A stretch of DNA of 63,706 nt, filler included, from Welwitschia mirabilis (Eukaryota), in assembly GCA_051453625.1 (NCBI GenBank). It is 5 parts of one record of this genome, joined end to end, with 100 filler letters (N's around TTAATTAATTAA, not from the genome) between each part and the next. Parts side by side here need not be neighbours in the genome. Positions count along the whole stretch, not along the records: positions 15,506 to 44,812 come from JBOZIK010000001.1; positions 44,913 to 58,657 come from JBOZIK010000001.1; 3 more parts are not named here. One strand, 5' to 3'. The position numbers and the translations under genes are program-made. The notes below the pieces were generated by a model. It did no database searches, was not told the DNA's origin, and saw only the letters and a program-made list of their open reading frames with translations. Numbering within the stretch: position 1 is the first letter of the stretch; every line of letters starts with the position of its first letter. Shown here piece by piece: positions 42,291 to 54,900 of the stretch.

Positions 42291-45200
42291 TGTCATACCT
42301 TACATTTTTTAAATCTTAATTACTTAAATATTAAATGTATTAAGCTTTTAATTAGATGATGAGTTCCTTTTCTTTAAAGGCCTTACCAAAATAAGATGAT
42401 ATTTTAAGTAATTAATCTTAGTTTCATAATTCTCATAATTTTCCATAAAAATGATAATATAATTATGTTCTAAACATTTTTATGAGAAAATCTATTCAAA
42501 TGTTAAAACTAGATAACCCTATTATGAAAGGAATTCAAATCACATAATAAATCTAATAAATCAAAAATTTTAAGAGGACATAATAATATGTTTTTTCTTG
42601 TTTACTCATTTAAATTATTGATAATGTGATACGTATGCTACATTATCAATATATATTTGGTTCTTTATGTTATATTATTGATGGGTTCTATGCGTTATAA
42701 AATAGATGATTATGTGAATAAGTGCATGTACTCTTACTTAGAATCAAGAATGATAAATAAGTAAATTTACTCTTCCATGAATTTTATCTTCTTGGAATAT
42801 GTAATGGCACTTGATTCATACGTATTTATTTTTCCCCCATTAGAATTGAAGAGTTTATCTCATTATTCCATATGACAATTTTGAGATTTATGCATTTATT
42901 CTTTTGATGTATTTTTTAAATGAATTAAACGTACTTATAAACCTATAAAGGATTAAGAAGGAGCTAGCATGAGAAAATGATGCATGTAATAAGCTTACTA
43001 ATTAAAGTAAGAAAATTATTCACCTTAATTGGGTGTATAAGTAATAAATATGATGTCTCTTTTTGTACTTAAATGTCAGTTATTACCCATCTCACTTATC
43101 AATCATAAATCATGTGATCTTGTGATCTTGAACTATGTACCTCTTATTTATCTATATATAGAGACTCTTTCCTCTCTTAAAAAAAGGGATATACTTTTCA
43201 ATATTTATGCAAGTGCATTTCCTTCTTTTCACTTACTTTCTTCTTATTCACTTCTTATAGAGTTTAGAGCTTAGAAGCTTGGAATCAAAGATTCTTGAGC
43301 TTGAATCTTTATTAATCTTCAACCACTAAGGATTTAGTAGTCTTTTTAAGTATGTTTTTTTTACTCATGTTTTCCATGTGATATTTTTAAAATATTCTAG
43401 TAGAGTGATGATATATCACATTAGGTCATTATTTATGGTTATCTTAAAATTATGTTATAAAAATTATTTCCTCACATTGGCTCTCACTAAGATGCTAAGA
43501 AAAATAAGGGTTTCTTATGCTTAGTGATGTATATTACTAATAGATAATTATGGCCAAGTGATCACTTTGGGAATTGACTATATACTTGAGTACCCATGTT
43601 TGTTTTGTATTCATATATATAATGTTATATTTTTCATCAATCATGAATTAGATGCATCTTATTAGGAAGAAATATTTGATCCTCAAAAATCTCTTTTAGG
43701 CTGGTACTGCTTTATGGCAATCCTAAGACTTATTATAAATGTTTTGTGCATTAATCCTTTTTTTTCATTTATACATTTATTTACATAAGTAATATTTAGC
43801 CAAAATATATTTAAAATAATTCATTTATCTAATATATTCATTATTTTAATATTTTAAATTATTATATAATTAGTTATAAGTACTTTATAATATTTTTTAT
43901 AGTGAAAGTTAAAATTTTTATACTAGAGGCATAGGTTAAAAGTACTATAACTCATTAAATAGTAGGTATAAATTAGTTAAACTATTTTTATAATTCTAAG
44001 ATTAAGTTATTTTTCTAGAAATTTAAAAATAGTGGTGTCTCTAATATTTCCTAATTTTTTAAAAAATTATTTGCCAAAATAGATTAGAAAAGAAATGTAA
44101 AAAATAGTAAGCAATTAATTTCAATTTTTATAAATAATAAATAATCTAGATAAAAATGTGAGAATTCTAGGTTTTTTGTTGCGACGCCAACTTAAGTATA
44201 TTTGATAGGGTATTTTGAGTTGTTTTGCAGATAAACTAACAGATAAATGCTCAGTNNNNNNNNNNNNNNNNNNNNNNNNNNNNNNNNNNNNNNNNNNNNN
44301 NNNNNNNNNNNNNNNNNNNNNNNNNNNNNNNNNNNNNNNNNNNNNNNNNNNNNNNNNNNNNNNNNNNNNNNNNNAACCAGATATTAGACTAACAAAGGAT
44401 GAGTAGAAGACTGTCATCCCATATGTCGTCCAGACGACAGTCAGGACGACAACCTTAGTTTGACAGAAGACAGACTTAATTTCAGATGACTTGCAGTTGA
44501 AGTGAACATCTTTCCATCAGAGTCCATCGTCCACCTAATCATCCAGATGATACTAGTGGATGACATCTTCAATTTTAGTCAACAACAGTTTGCATGAAGA
44601 TCACAAATAGATAAAGTAAAAGCAAACTAAGATATCTCATTATAAAATCCTGTCGTCTCCTCCATTGTCTAGACGACAACCTGGACGACACTGTTCTCTC
44701 ACACTTCCACCAATTGTATTCCTGAGTTGTCGCTTGTTAATTACGACTTTCCCTTTATTGATAGCTAGAGTTTATGTTATGCTTTTCTGTTAGTCCCTTT
44801 TCCCTTTCTGCCNNNNNNNNNNNNNNNNNNNNNNNNNNNNNNNNNNNNNNNNNNNNTTAATTAATTAANNNNNNNNNNNNNNNNNNNNNNNNNNNNNNNN
44901 NNNNNNNNNNNNTCGGATCACTCCGTCTATACTAGCGTGTTGTATTTTGCATCTTATTATAATTAATAGGATTGAAATTGGAACGTGAAATATTGCACAA
45001 ATACACACTGCAACAGTTTTATATAATTAAATAATCTTTTCAAAAACATATTAGATCACTTAAAAGTCAAACTAGTTTAAAAGCTATGGTCGTTTTACTA
45101 CAGTGTGATAAGATCATAGTTTTGAATAATTGACAGTTTCTAACCTTAAATCATGACCTTCTAAAGAATATTCTTAGAATTTCAAAATAGATTTAGATGG

Positions 45201-46766
45201 TTTCTAAGAATCCTATTATGATTTTAGTTTACGAAAACTACTATAATTTATTTTTTTCTTTATTATCAATTAAATATTAATTTTTGATTATGATATCTTC
45301 TTAGAGCCTAAAACCTTTATAATTAATGTCCTAAATTATGGAAAACTTATTAAATAAAGTTATATAGGAATTTAGAGTATATAAGATAAGTTAGTATTAG
45401 TAACCTTAAGTTACATTATTTGGGTATAATATTTTGTTAGGGGAAATACATCTTTTATTTTACTTTAAATATGCATGCTTATAAGAGTTACCATCTTAGT
45501 AGTCTAAGTAAGATGAGTAGTCCTTGATTTATCTCTTATTTTCTTGACTTAGGATATAGTCATATGAGTCTTGAACAAAGAATTATATCTGACTAATCAT
45601 GTTTAATCTATGCTTTAATTTGTTTATCTTTATTGCACATAACTATGGAGATTGTCATGTAAGCATGGAAGAATGCTTTTAGAATTGGCATAGCTTCAAG
45701 TATGGATTAGTTTCTTTAAGTAAATTCTTAAGATATGATTTCATACATTTTAAAGATTGTTATTATTATAAGAAAATGAAAAGAAAAGAATATTTCCATT
45801 ATTTAGATATTTATTAATATAATCCTAAATATAAATATGTTCTAGTATGTTTGTTTCTATTTTGTATGATTATGTCTATAAAATGAATTCAATTATAATT
45901 ATAAATATTATAAGTAAGTGAATAATCTATAAAATATTCATGTTAATTAAAATTGTATGCATGCATTTATGTGGTGTATTTATTAAATAGGACTAAATCA
46001 AGATAGTCCTAGTAATGATCATTCCCGTACTGAGATTTAATTCCATTACCAAGGTGGATTGTATTGCTTTTTTTTATAATACCTTTCTAGAAGTAGATTT
46101 AATCATCACTCTTCTATCCTACCTATGTATAGAATTAGTTTAGCTTAATATCCCAAGCCATTGGTATCAATAGATCATGTTGCATCATCCATAGAATTTT
46201 CAAGAAGTGAGGGTTATTTCTAAGAATGCATCCACCTCACATACTGCTTGTCACCTTAATTGGAATATATTAAGGTGAAGTGCAAGCATAGATAGTTGAA
46301 TTCATCCATGTTTATCTAGCTTAGAATCTAAATTTAAACCAACTCACCTTCAGGTAATGTCAGATATCAAGTTGAAATGCCATTAATAGGATTAAAACCT
46401 CCTATTATATTAGTTAAGTATTATCCTCAAACTTATCCATGTATATTTTATAATAAGTTTACATCTCCTTAACTATATACAAGATATCTTTGTATGTGAA
46501 AAAACTAGGAAGGAATGGAGGACACAAACTTATGACATAGCTATTATTCATAAATAAAAATAATCTACAAATTAATTATATATAAATATATTATAATAAT
46601 ATGATTTATTTTTCTCAGAACATGAAAATTATAATAAAAGAATAAGTAAAATTTGATTATAGATTTCACTGTGTCTATTAGTTAATAATATTAAAGAAGA
46701 AAAAGAAGAAAATAAAAAAGTAAAAAAAAAAGTGCTTAATTAGGATAAGGAAGTTAGAATATCACA
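42291..46766 (+). repeat. 3' LTR of C (interrupted at 44177-45015)
   Basis: TGTCA...TCACA; collinear with 10346-13944 apart from the insert. Confidence 0.92.
44177..45015 (+). mobile_element. Younger Athila-family LTR (solo LTR or collapsed element) in the 3' LTR of C
   Basis: TGTTGC...GCAACA termini. GTTTT(T) on the left and GTTTT on the right. The empty site is visible in the 5' LTR at ~12205-12225. CpGs are retained. Contains two gaps. Confidence 0.85.
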
Positions 46767-46771
46767 CACAT

Positions 46772-47600
46772 ATCCTTCTTTTCTACATTTGAAATACATG
46801 ATGAATTTCTTATTATCATATCCTTAATACTCGCTATTATAATCCTTATGGTCTAAATCATGTTCTTTTGAATGACCTACTCTTCCATATCCATGAATCC
46901 ACCCATTTTTTTGCCTTTTCCCTAATTATTTGAGAAATGACATAGAGAGATATTAAATATAGCACAAGCATGTTTCTTAAGGTAATAGTCACATTCTAAA
47001 AGTATTTCTTAAAATTATGTTAAGAATCTAATCAATTTCACCATCGAGAAATCATTAAAGAGTCAAATATCATAGGAAGAGATTAGAAGATATTTTTGGC
47101 TATATCTAGATCTTTGACATCTTATTCAANNNNNNNNNNNNNNNNNNNNNNNNNNNNNNNNNNNNNNNNNNNNNNNNNNNNNNNNNNNNNNNNNNNNNNN
47201 NNNNNNNNNNNNNNNNNNNNNNNNNNNNNNNNNNNNNNNNNNNNNNNNNNNNNNATAGATCCTTTAAATTCTATCTTTAACATCTTCTACATAAGCTTAG
47301 GATAAGGAAGACTCATGATCTTTAAGAATAATATGCTTAGTAAATTCATCAATTGCTATTCATCTAGCCCTAAAACCTTTTTTTCTATTATCATTGATTA
47401 CTTTTTATTGACCTGCTTAAAGGGTAGCAAATCTTATAGACTAAACTAATCATTAAATCCATCATTAATAATATAAAGAAGATCTCATATAACTAGCATA
47501 TTATGAATTTTAATTGTTAAAATTAGTGAAAAGGTTAACAGTATAAATCTTGAATTTATTTTGAATGGAATTGGCTATTCCTATAAATTATCTTCAAACC
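46772..47600 (-). pseudogene. gag of copia D
   Basis: Lies downstream of the PBS. The zinc knuckle is rebuilt across C's insertion site: YFKCRKEGY(V)/HVAENYP = decayed CX2CX4HX4C. Confidence 0.75.
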
Positions 47601-47602
47601 CA

Positions 47603-47614
47603 GCTTTGATACCA
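47603..47614 (-). promoter_or_regulatory. PBS of D (tRNA-iMet)
   Basis: Minus strand TGGTATCAAAGC, 2 nt from the LTR end. Confidence 0.88.
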
Positions 47615-47616
47615 AA

Positions 47617-47965
47617 TGAGACAAGCATTGTAACTAATATAGTGCGTAAAAAAATAAAAATAGAAAAGCATAAACAATGTAGAAAGAAAGGAGCTTTATT
47701 AAACAAATGTTTCTTTGTATTTTAAATGATTAAAATGAACCATGAAGCCTCTTTTTACAGATACAAATTAAGTATTTAATTACCACACAACAAAAACATA
47801 TAACATAACATAACTTACATTAAAAAACTTTCAGTACTAAGAAAACTATGATGAAATTTATAAACATTAAAGATAAATACATGCTCAACTAAATACTACT
47901 ACTAAACTATAATGATTTTTTTTAATTTACTAACATAAAACTAAGAGATACTTATATTCTTAACA
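47617..47965 (-). repeat. 5' LTR of copia D
   Basis: TGAGA...TAACA termini; homologous to 3255-3606. Confidence 0.8.
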
Positions 47966-47970
47966 AATTT

Positions 47971-49151
47971 GAAAAAATGTAAGTTCTTGAAAGAATTCAT
48001 GAGCTATTTAGAAGACATTGTCTCTAAGAAAAAAAATGTTCATGGATCCTAGCAAGATAAAAGCAATTATAAAGTCATCTAATCCTAGAAGTATTATAAA
48101 AATCAATAGTTTCCTTGGTCTTACATGATTCTATAGAATATTCATACCAATATTCTCATAACTTGTTACATACCTAATAAATATTACAAAATCCACATTT
48201 TTTTAAAACTTTAATAGCTAGTATAAAGAGGCATTCTTAAGAATTAAGCTATTACTTACTTTAGCACCCATCTTAAAAAATTATAAAATTGGATAAGCCT
48301 TTTAGAATAATAATAAACACTTTATCCTAAGGATTAGGGTCCATCCTAATTTTAGATGGACAAGCTGTAGCTTATAAATCTAGAAAGCTTAATCCACATA
48401 AAATGAATTATCATATCATGATTTGAAATTCATACAGTGGTTTATGTCTTTAAAGCATGATAACATTATCTTATGTTAGGAAAATTCTTATTGAAAATGG
48501 ATCACATAAGCTTGGAACACTTTTGAAAGTAATGCCCACTCAACATGAGACAAAGAACATGAGGAGATCTCCTTATAAAATACAACTCTAACATTCAAGA
48601 TATACTAAAAAACAAGAATAACATGGTATATGCCCTTATCAATCTTTACATCTAATATAGCTAATTAACTAATATAATTTATTCCTAAAAACCCATACTT
48701 TGAGATTAGATTTTAATAATCAATAAAATAAGCTAAGAACTTTATCCTCTCCCAAGATATGTTTTTGATTAATGAATAAAGACTTTTCATACCTTAGGAA
48801 AATACAAAAGAAAATTAAAGTCATAAATGAAGTACCCTACATTAAAGGTTTATGAGAAATTATCATGTAATAAGAATGCATTAGTTCTAGTCAAGAATGA
48901 AGGGCACTCATAAATAATCTAATGTTGAGTAAGGTAGATCTTTAGAAATCCTTTAACTACTTAGAGTGCTAAAGTAAAAATGGGATGAAATCATGATGCA
49001 TTTCATGATTAGAAAAACTATAATTAAGAAGAAACATAATGCCATCTTTATAAGTGTTGATAGATTAAATAAGATGACTTAGTTCATTCTAATAAAATTC
49101 ACTAATACTATAGAAGAATTTGCATTATGTTTTATGTAAGAAATGTTTAGA
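47971..49151 (+). pseudogene. Element E, 3' part: RT end, RNase H, integrase (cut by the LTR at 49152)
   Basis: KKCKF, MDPSKIKAI, VAYKSRKLNPH, KA**HYL, WDEIMMHF, VDRLNKMT*FI, EMFR (normally followed by LHG). Confidence 0.8.
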
Positions 49152-49569
49152 TGTAATACAATCTTTTATTTTACCTTAATTAATTACTTTTTTTTTTCTT
49201 TTTAAGAGAGAAAATGAGAAATTGTATTAAAAAAGAAAATGTACATAAGGAAATGAAAACACCCTAACTTAATAGGAAATAGTAGATTGATCTATAAAAG
49301 AGGGATGATATTACTATAGACAAAGGAACAAACTATATGTAGAGAAAAATTGGGGGTGAAAGCACACTTGCAAATAAAAAACTAATTAAAATCTAAAGTG
49401 AACTAAGAAGAGGTAAAAATCCTAGAAAGAACATACTATGTAAAAAGTAAAATTAGGGGTGAGAATGTCCCTAATAATAATAAGGACTAATAGAATACTA
49501 AAATGAACTAAGAAGAGGCAAAAGCATGAAAGAATAAAGGTTAATATCCATGATAATAAGGGAAGAGGT

Positions 49570-52500
49570 TGGCATGATTATGCTTTAGCCAAAATCTTCC
49601 ATATCATCTGCTAGCACCTCGAAGATGTGGTTGATCTCCTTGAACTCCTCGGCTCTTGCTTGATTCTTTTCTGATTGTAGCCTAAATGCTTTCTTCTAAT
49701 AGTTTAATTTGATAGCTTGCAATTAGAATCTAGTGGAAATTCTTAATATCATAAAGGAGTATCTTTTTAGGCCATGAATTATGACAAGTAATACCTCTCT
49801 TTTAATAGTGTACATGTCAATATCTTTGCATGGTACATGAGGTCTTTCCTCTTAAAAAGAAGTCCAAGGTGGAGCTCGACTCTTGATGACAGTTGAGGCT
49901 AGACTGAAAGCCTCTTGGTCATGACCTTAAGGCTGATTATTATACTCTTCGGGTTTAGGTAAAGGGTATTCCTACAGAGGCTCTTCCCATGCTAGGGATG
50001 AAGTCATCTTTTCTTGAGATTCCAAGGATGAAGTCATCCCTCTCTGTGAGTGGAAACTTACTAGTTCAGAATCTTTCTCAAGGTGATAGGCTTCATTAGT
50101 GGATGCCTTCCTTTTTTATTTCTTCTTGGAAGGAGTCTCTTAAGAGCTATGGCAAAGGGAAGAGGGCGGAGGGGAAGGGGAACATGTCTTAAGATCCCTA
50201 GATGCCCTCCATATGGCCACCACTAGCCCAGAGTATCCTATAGAATCCTTGTAGTTTAGGCCTAGATGAAAAAATAAGGAAGGTTTATCTGGTATTCTAA
50301 GACTAGATCTTTAAGAAAGGTGAAGTATAAGCCTAATAACATTGAATAGCACCCAGATTAAATGAATTAATGATTAATCATTTTGACTTCTAGTCCCTAT
50401 AGGGGTGGGAGCACCTTGTATGTAATGTACCCACTAGGTAACTTTGCAATGCCACCCAGAAAAAAATGGACTGTCTTCTAATGACCTCTACTCCTGAGGA
50501 AAATTCTTCCACCTATCACTAGAATGTTTAAGAGGCATGAAAGAGAAGCTTATATTAATTTGATGGGGATTCTCCTAAAGAAAGTTCTTTGCCCTCTTCA
50601 TATTTTGCAGAATGTGGTGATATCATTTCCTAGTTCTTCTTTTAGCTTATGCAAAAAATCCTCTTATCCTAATGTCTAAACCTTATTCCAAAGCTTAGGA
50701 CATGCTTTAAACAATTCAGGGTCTGTTAGTTATATGGTGAAAGTAGTCCCATTGCTACTTTAATTTAATAATACCATTTAACTTTCTTGGCTAAATTTAT
50801 AGGAAAATGGAGGGGGTACTATTGAATATTCGGTCATTTTGAGTGTATTACATTTTCCATAAGGTTAGCTAAATCCTGTCTCTTTTGCAAGTTTTGGATA
50901 TATTATAGTATTTGCAAAATGTCATCTTAACCATCATTAATTCGAAGCTCCACTTACATTAATGAAAGAGGTGATGGGCATCTTTAGAATAGGACTGGCA
51001 AATTGGGTAGGTGGAATAAACTTGGAATCCTTTCTTGAGCAAGTGGTTCCTTGTTAGAAGTTTGTTATGATTCTTAAGCTAGTAAAATATCTTTATTTTC
51101 TCTAATATAAGCCCCTTCCAAACAATTTATAAGAATCATTCATTTCATATTTGTTAATGAAGATCTACTTGGTCATATTCTCATTTCAAATGTTTAATTC
51201 ATTCAAGATTCTTCTAGCTTTTCTAAAGTTTTTTTTAAAATAAGAATTCCCCTCCCCATTGTTTTAATTAAGATGTTTATAATTTATGAGATTACTCTTA
51301 GGCTACTCACCCTTGGAAGCCTTTTAAGGATTCTGTGTACACCTATGAGGAGGTAGTCTTCTAGCCATTGTATACCCTAATCTCTAGACTTCTTAGGATG
51401 AGTAATAAGTTCTCATTTACAAAGATGGATATGGCTATATTTACCTCTTTACTAATGAAGTCCTTTAAAATTCTACTAATTTTTTTATAATGTTTTTTAA
51501 GGGGATGATAATGAAGGCTATATATCTGAAAGAATCTATGAGGCATAAGTTAGCTAAGATGATCTTAGCTTTAAAAGAAAGAAAATTATTTTGCCAGGTA
51601 TTGCATCCTCTCTAAATAGATTATAATATGTAACTCCAAGTAAGGTTCTTATGCTGATTTCATAGAGGAATTCATGGGTATATGTATTAAAGTTCTTTCA
51701 TTTTGACATTTAGAATTTTGACAATTTCTACTCCTTTAATGATGCTTCTTCCCACAGTATGGATTCAAGATTTATTTTAATTTGTGTAAAGGCCCATGGC
51801 TATTGCAAAGAGATTCATGGATTTCTTCATGGCTCTAGATTGCTATCAAAAAGCTTTGATCATGATGATCGTATCCTTTCATAATGGTTGTTAATGAATG
51901 TTTAACCTCTTATTTTAATATCAATAACTCCATTGCTTCAAAGAAATCCCTATAAGACATTCATAACAAATAGAAAAAGATATGGAAATAAAGGATCCCC
52001 TTGACTTAAACCTTAACCTACTGAGAAGAACTCGAATCTATGATTATTAACTTTCACTATGAATTTAGTATAAGCTTACATATATAGCTAAAGATTAATG
52101 ATGTTATGATTAAATCCAATTTCCTAAGGATACAACATAGTACTTGCCAACTAATAAAATCATAAGCTTTTTCTATGTCTAATTTGGCAATTAAACTAGG
52201 AAATTTGTGCTTTTTAATAGAATGTATAATTTCATGCATTAAGAGAATTTGGTCCTAAATGTACCTTGATTGAATGAAGCTAGCTTGGTTCTTGAAGATA
52301 ACCTTAGGAAGTAGAGGAGTGATTTACCCCATCATAATTTCAGCAAATATCTTGTAAATAATATTACAAATACCTCATATGCTGGAGCCTTGATTTATTA
52401 GCATCCTATTTTTGGAAATGAGAATAACCTTGATTTTGTTCATTTCCCTAGAAACACATTTATTACATAAGATATCCTACATAACATCATGAAGATTGTT

Positions 52501-53850
52501 CTTCAAAATATGAAAGTAAGACTTGAAAGAATTAAATAACCTACTATCTAATCTTGCAGTTCTATTATTCTTTATTGATCTTAATGTTGATAAAACTTCT
52601 TCTCTATCCAAGGGTTTAATAATGTGAATGTTATCCTCATTAGATATTTTTTTATCATCTAGGATAAGATCAATGATGATATCATTCCACTCCCATAATT
52701 TCTTGAGGTGGATCTACATTTCCTTAGCTATATCCTCTTCATTTTTAACTATATGGTCTCTGATGATGAGCCTTTTGATTCTGTTATCTACTCTATGCTG
52801 GTTGGCTTACTGGAAAGAAATCTTAGTGTGTCTATCCCCCTCCTTAAGCCAATTGATCCCTGATTTTTCCCTATAGTAATTTTTCTCATCTGCATTTATT
52901 TTCTACAGCTTTATGAGACATTGATATTTCTTGATATGGATACTATCTTGATCTCCACCTTATTCTTGCTTAGTTTGAATTTTCTAAATTTCTTTCTCAA
53001 GGTTCTTTTTTTATTTAAATCTTTACCTTTTTTTCCTCTAATTATTTATGTGAGTTTTTAAGGTATTTAGGCCTTTAAAGAGAAAGGAGAGTGGATGAGT
53101 ATCATTATACTAATTTCATCTCTTTTCAACTAATGTTCTAATTTCTGTCCTAGTGATCTAGTAGTGTTCCATTCTAAAAGAGACTCTAGGAGGCGATATC
53201 ATCCCTATTCTGTATTTGATAAGACAATGATCCAAAGGTATTCTATTCAGTCCATATCCTTCTATTGGATGCTTGACTATGTTTTTTCTAGCCAGAATTT
53301 AGTCTATTCTGGATATGACCTAGTGGCCTCTCATAATTTTATTGGACTAGATGTACTTACATCTAATAAGTGAAATATTAGGGCATTTGGCACCATAAAA
53401 TCTTTGAGAATTGTAGCCCCTCTACTATTCTAGTTTTCACCCCCTGATTTCTCTTAGCAGTGCATGCATTGGTTAAAATCCTCCACTATTAGCCACTTAG
53501 TCTTATCCATCCCTATCTACTGAAGATCCTCTAGGATGGAGGCTCTATCAAGGTTTTTTTAAGGGGTATAAATGTTTGTTATAGTCCATCTTTATTTGTT
53601 TAAAAAGATGGTAAGGTAATTTTTGCTACTGTTAACTAATTTAGTCTTCTAATTTGTGAGGGTCATAAGACTGCCTTATTTTTCTTGAGCTATAGAGATG
53701 AAAATGTTTCATTGATACCCTAGGTTCTTGAGTTTCATGTCTTATTACATTTTAGTTTCTTAGAAACATACTAATGTTAAATTTACTGATCCAATTTCTT
53801 AGAGTTTTTTCTCTTGTAGGAGGAACCTCATACTCTGCAATTCCATGTGA
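49570..53850 (-). pseudogene. L1 ORF2: AP endonuclease, reverse transcriptase, C-terminal RNase H
   Basis: VCF*ETK (~53755-53772), WLIVEDFN (~53470-53495), KLDIEKAYD (ORF 52057-52239), GLSQGDPLFPYLF (~51975-52012), WKASTNEA (KxNTDGA, ~50090-50112), EINHIFEVLAD (~49605-49640). Confidence 0.85.
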
Positions 53851-53859
53851 GGTAATCCC

Positions 53860-54900
53860 TTCGGTTTTTTTCATCCCTTTTTGGATGCTCCTTGATCTTT
53901 TTCAGGGTCTCTTTAATGGTATCCTGGAAGCTATTGGTAATGGTTTTTATAGTTTCCATTTCTTAAAGGATCCTATTTCTTAGCCTTTATTTCATCTAAA
54001 TTCCAACATCAATTGGCTCATCGATGGTTATTGGAATTTAGGTGTACTAATTTGTTATGGTTCTTTTTCCATGAGAGATGGGAAGGTGTTATATTCCCTC
54101 TCCTTCTCCTTTGTTTCCTTGTCCTTATTTTTCTTGTTCTCCTTGGGGTAGATAGTGGTATTTCTAACTATTTTCTCATTCTTCAGTTTATGACTACACT
54201 TATTTTGATTGTGCCTCATTTTCCCATAAAAGAAGCATTGTTCCTTTGGTTTTTCCTCAATATCTATGAGCATTTTTCTACATTCTTCTCTTATGTGTTT
54301 CATTCTTTCATAATGTGATCATCTTTTTTTTATTATCAAGCATTTGCCTAAGATGTATCCTATATTTTCACACATTACACATGGGACTAGGAGGTTTTCA
54401 TAGATAACTTTAAGATTGCATATGCCCCATTTCGATTTGAATTTGACAGATTGTATCTTCTTTATTTCTTCTAAGCTCATCCATACATAGAATATTACAA
54501 GGAACAATCTTGTATATTTAATGGTTATTCTATTCAACTTTATTAGTTCCCCAAACTGGGATGCAACTTTCTTTAGGATATGTTTATCTTAAAACTCTAG
54601 TGGAAACTTATGAATGTAGATCCATATTGACAGTTTTCTGAATAGGTTTGGGTCTGATTGCACCCTCGGAGTTTATTTGGCTAGCATTAAACCCCTTACT
54701 CTAAAACATCAAGGTCCTCTTGTGATGACCTCATCTTGATCCCTTTCATTATCTAACTAGAAAAGAACTAATCCTTCCACCAATCCATTTTGAGGTAATG
54801 CACTCCCTAATGAGGTTTGTTCTAGGTCTTGAACTCGATGACACAAACTTACATATTAAAATATATTGTAATTTCTTCTCTATTTCTGAGCAAGAACCTT
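53860..54900 (-). pseudogene. L1 ORF1 (DUF4283-type domain plus zinc knuckles)
   Basis: GP*CFR (GPW), WIYIHKFPLEF, IYENLLVPCVMCENIGYILGKC, and a second knuckle CFFYGKMRHNQNKC. Confidence 0.8.

Larger units (their letters stand above)
10346..46766 (+). mobile_element. Element C: Tekay/Del-type chromovirus (Ty3/gypsy), decayed, interrupted by A/B and an Athila-type LTR
   Basis: Long direct LTRs at 10346-13944 and 42291-46766, PBS TGGTATCAGA at 13948, PPT AAGGGGGAGAGGA at 42278-42290. TSD AACAT (10341-10345) / CACAT (46767-46771). Domain order gag-PR-RT-RH-INT-chromodomain. Confidence 0.9.
3255..47965 (-). mobile_element. Element D: Ty1/copia LTR retrotransposon unit (decayed, non-autonomous, interrupted by C and a small Athila-type LTR)
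   Basis: Homologous ~350 bp LTRs at 3255-3606 and 47617-47965. AATTT flanks both ends (3250-3254, 47966-47970). tRNA-iMet PBS at 47603-47614 and PPT at ~3608-3618. The host RT rejoins across the insertion (..NQFKD/NLKKCKF). Confidence 0.75.

Noticed and set aside
54013..54318. Hydrophobic plus-strand ORFs (also 52628-52876, 53774-53983) as membrane proteins
   Set aside because: They are antisense shadows of the Lys/Glu-rich L1 ORFs.
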